64,000 nt of DNA from Fidelibacterota bacterium (GTDB lineage Bacteria; Fidelibacterota; Fidelibacteria; Fidelibacterales; DSDE01), in assembly GCA_046735395.1 (NCBI GenBank), contig JBJKQR010000012.1, positions 32,001 through 96,000 of the forward strand, in the 5' to 3' direction. A program made the translations under genes and the position numbers. Within the stretch, counting starts at the first letter, position 1. Each line of letters begins with the position of its first letter. Under the pieces are notes generated by a model. It searched no databases, had not been told where the DNA came from, and worked only from the letters and a program-made list of their open reading frames with translations. Below are positions 8,924 through 18,925 of this stretch, piece after piece.

Positions 8924-10780
8924 TTACAGTAAATCAGTCATCAAGGTATTGATACGGTCCACCATCCTGCGGGGATCTATTTTCAGGCCGGCGGTAAAGA
9001 AGGCGTTGTCAGTCACCTGTTCCATCAGGAGGCGCGCCTTTGCCTCATTCTCCTCACTTCCGCTGAGGGTGGCGATTTTCTGGATAAGGGGATGGGTGGA
9101 ATTGATTTCCAGTACCTTTTTCCCGGTCTGGTACATTTCATTCCGGGACGCTTCCAGTATTTTCTGCATATTGGTGGTCATGGCATCATCCGGATTGACG
9201 ATCAGCGCGGGACTGTCAACCAACCGGGTGGAAAGACGGACGTCTGAAAGCCGCGGATCCATATCCTTTTTCAGCCAGTCGAGAAGTTTTTCTGCAGTCT
9301 TTTTTGCGCTTTTTGCCTTCTTGTCATCCGAGGCTGTCGAAGTAAGTTTCACATCGGCCTGGTCTGCGGACATGAGCTTCTTTTCTCCGTATTCGCGAAG
9401 GCTGGTCATCACAAAATCATCAATGGGCTCGTAGAGAAAAAGGACATCCACGTCATTGGCCCGGAAGGTTTCCAGATACGGGCTGCTTTCGATTTCCTGC
9501 CGCGATGAACCGGTCAGGTAATAGATTTCCTTCTGATCTTCACCGGCGTGAGCCACGTAGTCATCGAGCGAAATCTGTTTTCCCGCTTCGGTCTTTCTGC
9601 TTTCAAACCGCAGCAATGACGCGATATCCTTCGCATTTTCCCAGTCGGAATTGGCCCCTTCCTTCAGGTACATGGAAAAGGTCTTGTAAAATTCCAGATA
9701 GCTGTCCTGGTGTTCCTTCGCCTGGGTCTGGAGAAAACTGATAAGCCGCCTGGTCAGGAATTTTTTCAGTTTGCCGATGATCAGATTGTCCTGCAGTGTT
9801 TCGCGGCTGATATTCAGGGGCAGGTCCTCACTGTCCACGATACCCTTGACGAAGCGAAGATATTCGGGCAGGATTTCCTTGACCTGAGCCTGGATCAGAA
9901 CTTTATTGCAGTACAGGCTGACTCCGGGTTCGCTGCGGTTGAAGCCGAATATTTCCATATTTTCCCGGGGGAAATAGAGGAGCGCATTCAGCTGAATGGG
10001 GGCATCCGAACTGGTGTGAAGCTGAAAGAAGGGGTCGGAGGCGGCATTTTCGTGGAATTTGTAGAATTCCTTGTAATCGTTCTCACTCACATCCTTCGGT
10101 GACTGCGTCCAGATCGGTTTGATGGTATTGACCAGCTCGTCATCCACATAAATGGGAGACGGAACGAAATTGCTGTACTGCTTGATGATCTGCTTGATCG
10201 TATCCTTTTCCAGATATTTGTCGTGATCTTCGGAAAGCTCGACGATGATGCGTGTTCCCCGGGTGATCCCTTCCTCGCGTCCGATGCTGTAGTCATTGAT
10301 GCCATCGCTGCTCCATTCCCAGCCTTCCGCATCCTTCTGATAGCTGCGGGTGATGACGCGAACCCGTTTCGCGACCATGAAGGCGGAGTAGAAACCGACT
10401 CCGAACTGGCCGATGAGCTGACTTTTTTCACTGTCGCCCCGGGACTGGAGATTTTCGAAGAATTTTTCGGTGGAGGAGTGGGCGATGGTTCCCAGATTTT
10501 CGATGAGCTCGTCCCGGGTCATCCCCACACCTGTATCGCTGATCGTCAGAGTGTGCGTATCCTTGCTGATGTCAATCCGTATTTCAAAGGGCAGATCCTG
10601 GTCAGCACCGTCCGGATCTGTCAGGGACAGATAGCGGAATTTCTCTATCGCATCCGACGCATTGGAAATCAGTTCACGAATGAAAATATCGCGGTTTGTA
10701 TATAACGAATGAATGACGATGTTCAGGAGTTTCTTTGCCTCGGTCTGGTATTCATAGCTTTGAATCGGTGTTTCTTTCAT
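8924..10780 (-). CDS. htpG: Chaperone HtpG (Hsp90)
   Basis: HSLYTNRDIFIRELISNASDA, NLGTIAHS, IGQFGVGFYSAF, DSEDLPLNISRE. Confidence 0.97.
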   Translation of the reverse strand: MKETPIQSYEYQTEAKKLLNIVIHSLYTNRDIFIRELISNASDAIEKFRYLSLTDPDGADQDLPFEIRIDISKDTHTLTISDTGVGMTRDELIENLGTIAHSSTEKFFENLQSRGDSEKSQLIGQFGVGFYSAFMVAKRVRVITRSYQKDAEGWEWSSDGINDYSIGREEGITRGTRIIVELSEDHDKYLEKDTIKQIIKQYSNFVPSPIYVDDELVNTIKPIWTQSPKDVSENDYKEFYKFHENAASDPFFQLHTSSDAPIQLNALLYFPRENMEIFGFNRSEPGVSLYCNKVLIQAQVKEILPEYLRFVKGIVDSEDLPLNISRETLQDNLIIGKLKKFLTRRLISFLQTQAKEHQDSYLEFYKTFSMYLKEGANSDWENAKDIASLLRFESRKTEAGKQISLDDYVAHAGEDQKEIYYLTGSSRQEIESSPYLETFRANDVDVLFLYEPIDDFVMTSLREYGEKKLMSADQADVKLTSTASDDKKAKSAKKTAEKLLDWLKKDMDPRLSDVRLSTRLVDSPALIVNPDDAMTTNMQKILEASRNEMYQTGKKVLEINSTHPLIQKIATLSGSEENEAKARLLMEQVTDNAFFTAGLKIDPRRMVDRINTLMTDLL

Positions 10781-10896
10781 CTTCTATCCTCTTTTTTTTA
10801 ATCCTTTACCACTGGCCACCACGGATGGGCCGATGCGGGTTTCAATTCTATCCTTTGATTCACTTTTCCATGAAAAGTTTCATCACAAAAACGGTT

Positions 10897-13563
10897 TTAT
10901 TCTGATTTTTTCTTATCCAGATATTTTCGTATCAGCCGGTTGAGGTCGCTCAGGACGATGGGTTTTGAGATAAATTCGACGGCGCCGATTTCCTTGGCTT
11001 TTTCAACCGTGAGCGTATCGCTGAAACCAGTACAGATAATGATGGGGACATCCTTTCGAATGGCCAGCATCTTGCGGGTCAGGGCATCTCCCGTCATTTC
11101 GGGCATGGTGAGATCGGTCACGACCAGGTCATAGGCCCGCGGATCCTCCGTAAAGGCCTGCAGGGCATCGGGGCTTTTCGTGAATGAGCTGACGCGATAT
11201 CCGAACAGCGGAAGAGCGCGCTGGGCCAGTTCAACAATTTTGTCCTCATCATCCACATAAAGAATATGTTCCGTACCGCCGGTGGTTTCGGCAGCTGCCG
11301 GTGTCTTGCTCTTGATCCCCGGACTCTGGTCGTAAATCGGCAGATATACCCTGAACAGTGTCCCCTTGTCGGCTTCACTGTACACCGATATATGCCCTTT
11401 GCAGCTGTTTACGATACCATGAACCACAGCCAGTCCCAGCCCGGTTCCTTCACCGCTTTTTTTCGTCGTGAAATAGGGATCGAAGATATTTTTAATGATG
11501 GATTTCGGGATACCGGGGCCCGTGTCCTTCACATCCAGCAGCACATATTTACCGGGAGCCACAGGCGCGCCGATCACCGGATCATTTTCGGAAACTGAAA
11601 AGTTGTGCAGTTTCACAACCAGTTTTCCGCCGGTTTCCTTCATCGCCTGGTAGGCATTGGTACAGAGGTTCATGACAATCTGATGGATCTCCACCGGATC
11701 GGCGAGGATATAACTTTTACTTTCAATGATTTCCTCAATGTCGATGGTGCGGGGAATACTGGAGCGGACCAGCTGCAGCGCCTCTCCCACGATATGAGAA
11801 AATTTGACCGGAACGATTTCCTTGTCTTTTTTCCGGCTGAAGGTGAGGATCTGATTCACCAGATCCCGGGCTCTCTGGGAAGCCATGGATATCTCCTGCA
11901 GCTCGTTATCCAGCTGAAGATTCTCCGCGACTTTCATGAGGGCCAGATCATTGTACCCGATGATGGCCGTCAGAATATTATTGAAATCATGCGCAATACC
12001 GCCGGCCAGGGTGCCCAGGGATTCGAGCTTCTGGCTCTGTCTCAGCTGTTCCTCAAGGCGGATGCTTTCGGTAATATTATGAAGGATGGCCATATACCCG
12101 GCAATATGCCCGCCGGATTCGAAATAGGGGGAAATGGTCGTTTCATAGGTCATGAGATGTCCGTCCCGGATGCGGTTGCGGACGATACCCGACCACATTT
12201 TCCCTTTTCGGACAGTGTGCCAGATATCATTGAAAATTTCGTCCTCCGCGAAGGTTTCCCTGAAGATATCCGGACGGTTGCCGAGAATTTCGTTCCTTTC
12301 AAATCCGGTGTTTTTATAAAAGGCCGGATTGACGTAATCTATCACTCCGTCCGGATTTATGAGAAGAATGGATTCTGTGGACTGTTCGATAACGGTTTGA
12401 AACCGCGCCAGCTCGTTTTCATTCAGTTTGCGGTTGCTGATATCGCGGACAGTTACCACAATATGGTCTCTGTCTTCGATGATGGTGCGGCGAAAGGCAA
12501 GCTCTGCCCAGAAGTGACTTCCGTCCTTGCGTGTGACTTCCTTTTCCAGATGTCCGTCGTGGCGGGTGAGAAGCGTATGCTGAAATTCCTCCCGGAGCAG
12601 CCGGCCACGAACCGTCGTATCCGGTGCAAATTCCGCTGAAAATTTTCCGATCACCTCCTCTTCACTGTCATAACGGTAGATGTCAAGCATGGCCTGATTC
12701 ACTTCGAGAATCCGGGTTGTCAGGGCATCATGGATGATAATAGCATCCGAAGGAGAGTTGAAGATCTCCCGATATTTCTTTTCGCCGGATTTCAGAGCTT
12801 CAATTGCGCTGTTTCGCTCATTCAGCTGCGTTTTTATCCGCATCATCATCGTATTGAAACTGCGGTATAAGGTTCCGATTTCGTCCTTTTTATCGTAATT
12901 GGCCTTAATATCCTCCCGATTTTCGGGTGAAATATTTTCGGCGATGGCCGCCAGTTTCAGAATGGGACCGGAGATGATGTCCTGCAGAATATAGGCTGCG
13001 ACAAAAGCCAGAATTCCGGTGAGAAGCGAGACAAAGATCAGAAACATGATATACTGCCGGATCCGCTGGGACAACTGATCCGTATCGGCGAGAATACTGA
13101 CGCTTCCCAGCTGCTCACCATGATATACAACGGGATGGAAAACCAGCAGTTTTTCACCCTGATAGAGGATCTTTTCTTCCTTCACATACTGCATTGTCCC
13201 CGGATCGGGTGTTCCGCCCTGCCGGGAATAGACCGCAAACAGGTGTCCTTCATTATCAAGAATGACGGCCTGGCTGATGGAGGGCATATTGCCGATTTTT
13301 GATACAATACTGCGGGCCTCTTCCTTATAGCTGTACAGAAGCGGCCTGACACAGGATTCTGAAATGAACTGAGCGCTGACCTGTGTATCCCGGATCAGTT
13401 CCTTCTTAAGATTTGAAAACTGAAAATAGGAAATAGTGGCATAGGCGGCCAGCAGGCTCAGCAGAGAGACGAACAGGATAATGGCAATGAGCTTGCCCCG
13501 GATGGAAAACTGATCGGACAGGGTTCGGCGTAACCGTTTCAGGTCGTCTCTGTACTGACTCAT
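10897..13563 (-). CDS. Membrane-bound hybrid sensor histidine kinase (periplasmic sensor, HAMP, 2 PAS, HisKA, HATPase, REC)
   Basis: Two TM segments, HAMP KDEIGTLYRSFN, LAGGIAHDFNNIL H-box, FTTK..GEGTGLGL, C-terminal receiver with TDLTMP. Confidence 0.93.
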   Translation of the reverse strand: MSQYRDDLKRLRRTLSDQFSIRGKLIAIILFVSLLSLLAAYATISYFQFSNLKKELIRDTQVSAQFISESCVRPLLYSYKEEARSIVSKIGNMPSISQAVILDNEGHLFAVYSRQGGTPDPGTMQYVKEEKILYQGEKLLVFHPVVYHGEQLGSVSILADTDQLSQRIRQYIMFLIFVSLLTGILAFVAAYILQDIISGPILKLAAIAENISPENREDIKANYDKKDEIGTLYRSFNTMMMRIKTQLNERNSAIEALKSGEKKYREIFNSPSDAIIIHDALTTRILEVNQAMLDIYRYDSEEEVIGKFSAEFAPDTTVRGRLLREEFQHTLLTRHDGHLEKEVTRKDGSHFWAELAFRRTIIEDRDHIVVTVRDISNRKLNENELARFQTVIEQSTESILLINPDGVIDYVNPAFYKNTGFERNEILGNRPDIFRETFAEDEIFNDIWHTVRKGKMWSGIVRNRIRDGHLMTYETTISPYFESGGHIAGYMAILHNITESIRLEEQLRQSQKLESLGTLAGGIAHDFNNILTAIIGYNDLALMKVAENLQLDNELQEISMASQRARDLVNQILTFSRKKDKEIVPVKFSHIVGEALQLVRSSIPRTIDIEEIIESKSYILADPVEIHQIVMNLCTNAYQAMKETGGKLVVKLHNFSVSENDPVIGAPVAPGKYVLLDVKDTGPGIPKSIIKNIFDPYFTTKKSGEGTGLGLAVVHGIVNSCKGHISVYSEADKGTLFRVYLPIYDQSPGIKSKTPAAAETTGGTEHILYVDDEDKIVELAQRALPLFGYRVSSFTKSPDALQAFTEDPRAYDLVVTDLTMPEMTGDALTRKMLAIRKDVPIIICTGFSDTLTVEKAKEIGAVEFISKPIVLSDLNRLIRKYLDKKKSE

Positions 13564-13615
13564 CCGTCTATCCTGACATCGCAGAAAGCGACATGACCAT
13601 TTTGATTAGCTGATC

Positions 13616-14710
13616 TCATCGAGGGTCTCCTGCAGGGGATTCCATTGCCATGGATTGCTCAAGAATGCCCAGAATATAGGAGAGCTTGGACCGGTCCGTT
13701 TCGTTCAGAGAGCCGTGTGTGGCAATCGTTTCAGATGCCTGGCGCAGGGCCGTGCCGGCCTGTTCTGCGTCTCCGTTTCCGAGGCATTGCGTAATGCGCA
13801 GCAGGGTATCGACCGTAGCTTTATCATCCTGTCCTCTGTCATCATAGTCAAACAGAGATGTGGGGGCCTCATTGAGATCATCGAGAAAGGCTGCCAGATG
13901 CCCGGCCGTATGTATAAGTTTTGGGTAATCCAGTTTTTCCGCACTGTCATTGGTACTGTGATAATAGCGTGAACGTCCCTCGGTTAAAAAGAGGAAAGCT
14001 TTATGTCTGGATTTGAAGGCCAGATAATTTCCGGAGGGGGGGATGGCATGGATTCCGAGACGGTGAAAACGAAAATCACCGGAATTGCTGCGCTGATCGA
14101 GAATGCTGCCGATCCGGCTTTTTTCCGCGCCGGCCGCATAGATTCCCTTCTTCAGGGCAGCACAGTCAATGGACGGATGTCCCAGCAGATCCAGAAACAA
14201 TCCCAGACGGATGGTATCCAGCGGGACAACCGGATTTTCGCAGAATCGTTCGGCCCCCATGTCGGGTGAATTGAAGAAGGGGGGCTCCTCCGCGTCAAAA
14301 AAGGCAATCATGAGGGATCGGGCTTCATCCCGGTTGCATATGAGATTCTGGTACTGTTCCGCTGCATGCAGAATAACAGCCACCGCAGCAGCATTGTCAT
14401 TGGCTCCTGGGAAATAGCTGTCATGATCCGGATCGGCTCCGAGGTGATCATAGTGTGCTTCCAGCAGGATGATTTCCGATGCGGCCTTTCCTTTTCCGGG
14501 CAGGATGCCGGAAATATTGACAGCATACGCTTCAGATACTGATTGATACAGTGGAGTCTCATAACTATTTCCATCCGGTGCCGCCGCACCGATGCTGTTC
14601 AGCAGCCCGCAGAGAAAGGCTCTGGCTCTCGCGGACCCCTCAGTACCGCTTCTCCGTCCCAGACATTCGGGGGAACTCAGAAAATGGACAATGTCCATAA
14701 TGCTTTCCAT
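13616..14710 (-). CDS. M28 family metallopeptidase
   Basis: AHYDHLG, PGANDNAAAVA, FDAEE, YHSTND zinc-ligand motifs; start uncertain (14710 or 14698). Confidence 0.85.
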   Translation of the reverse strand: MESIMDIVHFLSSPECLGRRSGTEGSARARAFLCGLLNSIGAAAPDGNSYETPLYQSVSEAYAVNISGILPGKGKAASEIILLEAHYDHLGADPDHDSYFPGANDNAAAVAVILHAAEQYQNLICNRDEARSLMIAFFDAEEPPFFNSPDMGAERFCENPVVPLDTIRLGLFLDLLGHPSIDCAALKKGIYAAGAEKSRIGSILDQRSNSGDFRFHRLGIHAIPPSGNYLAFKSRHKAFLFLTEGRSRYYHSTNDSAEKLDYPKLIHTAGHLAAFLDDLNEAPTSLFDYDDRGQDDKATVDTLLRITQCLGNGDAEQAGTALRQASETIATHGSLNETDRSKLSYILGILEQSMAMESPAGDPR

Positions 14711-14956
14711 TGGGCATAATTTGACGGGTTTATTCTCAAATAACAATATTTTATTCAAAGACTGTGATTCATCAGACATGGATAATAAGGAAAAGCAGAA
14801 GCCTGTCACTCCGGAATACGTTCTGTGTGTATTCTATCCGTAACATGTCCGAAAATTCCTGATATTTTTTCTGTATATTACATCTGTCTTTATCTAAATT
14901 TCCTCAGGACGGAATTTGAGAAATGGGACTGAATAGCGAATGATTATCCGGGGAAA

Positions 14957-16153
14957 ATGATGATGGCATTTACAGATGGTACTGATCTCAGCCAATTAAT
15001 ACATGTATTTCATGAGTCCTGTCACTCCTACGGGGACCTGTGCCGGCAGACCTATTCACTGATCGGCAGAAATTCCGAAGCCGGATTGATTCTCGTGTCA
15101 CAGCAGCTGAATACTGAAAATCTGGATATCCTGGATGCTTTCGGATGGATGGCGGGGCTGTCATCCCCTGACCTGATCCGGCTGCTGACCGCCAGCAACA
15201 GATCGGAAGAGTTCACAGAGAAGGTGTGGATAAAAAAGCTGGAAAATGAACAGGCCGCTTCCGGTGCCGCGGTGACGCTTCTGTGCTGGAAGGATGGCCG
15301 GAACAAATATTTGCTGGCTATGGATGAAGGCGGCGAAACCGCGGACGGCATACAGACCGCAGAGCTCACGGCTTTGCTGGCCATGAAGATAGAAGCGCTG
15401 AAATCCCGGGCTCAGCGACAGCCGGATGAAGAGAAGAGTGAATTCCGGAACGGGCGGCTGCATAATGTTGGGGTTCTGGCTGCGGGCGTGGCTCATGAGG
15501 TCAATAACCCGCTGACGGGAATGATCAATTTTGCCCAGATGATCCAGGATCATTCAGACAGCGACAGAATCAGGAGGTACGCGGATTCAGTTATCCGTGA
15601 GGGAAACCGTATCGCCCGAATTGTCCGGAATCTGCTTTCCTACAGTGCATTCCGGGAAGAAGGACCGGTGCTGGTGAATCCCGCAGATGTGCTGAATGAT
15701 GCCATCTCTCTCCTGCGGTCAACCCTTACATCCGAATCCATCAGCGTGGATTTTGCGGAATCCGTTCAGCTTCCGGCCGCGTCCCTGAACAGCCAGCAAC
15801 TGGAACAGGTTTTCATTAATGTTCTGCTGAATGCCCGGGATTCACTGAACCGGAAATTTCCAGGACAGCACGCCGATAAAAAAATACATATTGATCTGGC
15901 CTCTCGTGGCGATGCACCGAACCAATGGGCTGTATTTCGCCTTCGGGACAACGGGGAAGGTGTTCCGGAAGAATATCTGAAAAAGATATTTGATGAAGGT
16001 TTCTCCACGGGTGACGGATCCCGAAACAGCGGCCTGGGACTCCCCATTTCCCGCCGGATTATTCAGAGCAGCGGAGGTAAGCTCAGCCTGGAATCCGAAT
16101 GGGGAAAAGGGGCGATGGTAACCATCGAGATTCCGATCACCGGAGCAAAATGA
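14957..16153 (+). CDS. Cytoplasmic sensor histidine kinase (unrecognised N-terminal domain, HisKA, HATPase)
   Basis: LAAGVAHEVNNPL H-box, QVFINVLLNARD N-box, DNGEG, SGLGL. Confidence 0.88.
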   Translation: MMMAFTDGTDLSQLIHVFHESCHSYGDLCRQTYSLIGRNSEAGLILVSQQLNTENLDILDAFGWMAGLSSPDLIRLLTASNRSEEFTEKVWIKKLENEQAASGAAVTLLCWKDGRNKYLLAMDEGGETADGIQTAELTALLAMKIEALKSRAQRQPDEEKSEFRNGRLHNVGVLAAGVAHEVNNPLTGMINFAQMIQDHSDSDRIRRYADSVIREGNRIARIVRNLLSYSAFREEGPVLVNPADVLNDAISLLRSTLTSESISVDFAESVQLPAASLNSQQLEQVFINVLLNARDSLNRKFPGQHADKKIHIDLASRGDAPNQWAVFRLRDNGEGVPEEYLKKIFDEGFSTGDGSRNSGLGLPISRRIIQSSGGKLSLESEWGKGAMVTIEIPITGAK

Positions 16154-16336
16154 GTCCCATCGGTGCGAACAGACTCAATCAATCATAGGATTTGCATGCA
16201 AAATGAGATATATTTCAGCTGATAAGAGAGGAATAAAACCGGACCGAACGGCAGCAAAGCAGGGCCGTATTGGTTTCAGTGGAAATAGCCAGTTTGTTGG
16301 AAATTAGAAAAAATTCTACAGGAACCCGGACAAACG

Positions 16337-18910
16337 ATGAGTAAAATAGCTGAGTTGCTTGAAAAAATTGCGGAGGCAATGGTCTTCATGGATACGGAAA
16401 ATGTCCAGGACATTGCCGGAATGCACAGTAATTTTGAGGAGCTGAGCAGCGGACTGAAAAAGGAAGGGAACGAGGCATTCTACAGCTGCAGCTGCGGGAT
16501 CGAAGACCTGCTGAAGGATCTGCTCATGGAGGAAGTGGCAGATAAGGATGCTGCCCTTGCATATATCAATGCCTGTATCGTTGCTTTTCAGGAGGTGTAC
16601 CGGGATGGACGCGATGCGGGTTCAGTGACTCTGCCCGATGTATCCGGCAACGGGGCCGGCGGCGCGGCCGATTCGGGCTTTCGCCTCCCTGACAATGTGG
16701 ATGAATCCATATTTACAGAATTCATCAGTCGACAAGCTCCGGAGCTTCTTGAGTTTGAAGCACAGATCATGGCCCTGGATTCGGCGGATCGCGAGACGCA
16801 GATGCCGGCCATGAAGAGATATATTCATACGCTGAAAGGCGAGAGCGCACTGATGGGCCTGTCAGAAGCCGAGGAAGTCTGTCATCGGGCTGAAGATATT
16901 ATTGAAATAGGGTATTCGCCGGAACTTACCGATCAGCTGCTGCATGTGAAAGACTGGCTGATGACCTATTTTTCCTATTTTACCGGCGCCTATGACAAAA
17001 AACCGGACAAGCATGATATTCTCGAGGAACTGAGAAGTTTTTCATCCGGTGAAAAGGCGGCAAAGGTCACGGGCACTTCTCCGGCACCGAAGGCTGTGGA
17101 GGAGGACGAAGAGGATAAGGAAGAGGTTATCAAAAGCCTCACCGAAAAATTCAACAAGTCCTCCAATCCGCTTCAGGGTGACTTGGACCTGCTGGGAGAT
17201 TTTATTCTGGAAACGGGCGAACATCTGGAGAATGCGGATACTCACCTGATTGTCCTGGAGAATGATCCGCAGAATGACGAATCGGTGAATGCCGTTTTCC
17301 GCGCCTTTCATACCATAAAGGGCGTTGCCGGTTTTCTGGATCTTACCATGATCGGAACCCTGGCGCATGAAGCGGAAAATCTTCTGGACCGGGCCCGAAA
17401 GCATGAAATCCGTTTTGCAGGATTTGTGAGTGAAGTAGCCTTTAAGAGCCTGGACAAGCTGCGTCAGCTCGTCGGTGACCTGCAGCAGAGCATGGCGTCC
17501 GGAGACTATCATTTTTGTGATCCGGGCGTTCCTGAACTTATTTATGCCATCCGGCAGGTTCTGGCCGGGAAAATCGACGAGTCCGAATATGACATTTCGA
17601 TTCCGGACGTTGAAGAGGTGGTGGCCGAGAAAGAAGTTGCCGGCGCTGAAGCAATTCATGAAGTGGATACGGCCGGACGTGCCGCAGGCCAGCAGGGTGT
17701 GAAGATCAAGGAATTCGTGAAAGTGGATTCGGAACGTCTTGATAAACTGGTGAATACAATCGGGGAAATGGTCATCGTGGAGACGATGGTCGCTCAGCTC
17801 ATGGCTGATGTGAACAGCGATGAAGGCGGCCAGATCAACGCGCGTCTCAGCCAGATGAATAAAATTACCCGGGAACTTCAGGAAATGGGAACCTCTCTTC
17901 GCATGGTTCCCGTCAAACCTGTTTTTCAGAAAATGGCCAGGCTGGTTCGCGATCTGTCCAAAAAAATGCGTAAACCGGTGAATTTCGTCATGACCGGTGA
18001 AGATACGGAACTGGATAAAACGGTTGTTGATATGATCGGTGATCCTCTGGTGCATCTGGTACGAAATTCCATGGACCATGGTATTGAATCCAGCGTGGAG
18101 GAACGGAGAAAAAAAGGAAAACCGGATATGGGCCGTGTGGAACTGCGATCCTTTAACGCCGGTGGAAATATTTACCTCGAGATTGAAGACGACGGCAAGG
18201 GGCTGGACAAGGAAGCCATCCTGGCCAAGGCAATCAAGCAGGGACTCGTTAAGGAAACGGATAAACTCAGTGATCGGGATATATATAATCTGATCTTTGA
18301 AGCCGGTTTTTCCACAGCAGCCCAGGTGACGGATGTGAGCGGGCGAGGTGTGGGAATGGATGTGGTACGAAAAAATATCGCATCCCTGAGAGGCCGGGTC
18401 GAAATTGCATCCGAAACCGGAAAGGGATCCACGATTTCCATCGTGCTGCCGCTGACCCTCGCCATCATCGAGGGAATGATCATTCAGGTCGGTACCGAAA
18501 AATACATCATTCCCACCTTGAGTATCATCACCTCAATCCGTCCGGATGACAAAATGATCAATACGGTGATGAAAAAGGGTGAAATGCTGGATCTACAGGG
18601 CGAACTGATCCCCATGTTCCGCTTGGAACGGCTGTTTAACGTCACGGGTGCCATCACGGATCCGACGGAAGGGCTTATCGTGGTGGTTGAATACGATGGC
18701 ATGAAGGCCGGGTTGCTTACGGACCGCCTGCTCGGACAGAGTCAGATTGTGATCAAGAGTCTGGGCGAATCCATGCAGGGAATTGATGGAATCAGCGGGG
18801 GCGCAATTTTGCCGGATGGCAAGGTGGGCTTGATTCTGGATATGGGCGGTATCATAAAAATTGCCCATAACAACGCGGGTCTGCTGACCGAACAAACCGT
18901 GACAAAGTAG
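16337..18910 (+). CDS. cheA: Chemotaxis histidine kinase CheA with two Hpt domains
   Basis: YIHTLKGE and AFHTIKGV Hpt motifs, VKVDSERLDKLVN dimerisation domain, HLVRNSMDHGIE, VTDVSGRGVGMDVV, C-terminal CheW-like P5. Confidence 0.96.
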   Translation: MSKIAELLEKIAEAMVFMDTENVQDIAGMHSNFEELSSGLKKEGNEAFYSCSCGIEDLLKDLLMEEVADKDAALAYINACIVAFQEVYRDGRDAGSVTLPDVSGNGAGGAADSGFRLPDNVDESIFTEFISRQAPELLEFEAQIMALDSADRETQMPAMKRYIHTLKGESALMGLSEAEEVCHRAEDIIEIGYSPELTDQLLHVKDWLMTYFSYFTGAYDKKPDKHDILEELRSFSSGEKAAKVTGTSPAPKAVEEDEEDKEEVIKSLTEKFNKSSNPLQGDLDLLGDFILETGEHLENADTHLIVLENDPQNDESVNAVFRAFHTIKGVAGFLDLTMIGTLAHEAENLLDRARKHEIRFAGFVSEVAFKSLDKLRQLVGDLQQSMASGDYHFCDPGVPELIYAIRQVLAGKIDESEYDISIPDVEEVVAEKEVAGAEAIHEVDTAGRAAGQQGVKIKEFVKVDSERLDKLVNTIGEMVIVETMVAQLMADVNSDEGGQINARLSQMNKITRELQEMGTSLRMVPVKPVFQKMARLVRDLSKKMRKPVNFVMTGEDTELDKTVVDMIGDPLVHLVRNSMDHGIESSVEERRKKGKPDMGRVELRSFNAGGNIYLEIEDDGKGLDKEAILAKAIKQGLVKETDKLSDRDIYNLIFEAGFSTAAQVTDVSGRGVGMDVVRKNIASLRGRVEIASETGKGSTISIVLPLTLAIIEGMIIQVGTEKYIIPTLSIITSIRPDDKMINTVMKKGEMLDLQGELIPMFRLERLFNVTGAITDPTEGLIVVVEYDGMKAGLLTDRLLGQSQIVIKSLGESMQGIDGISGGAILPDGKVGLILDMGGIIKIAHNNAGLLTEQTVTK

Positions 18911-18925
18911 CAGGATATATCAGGT

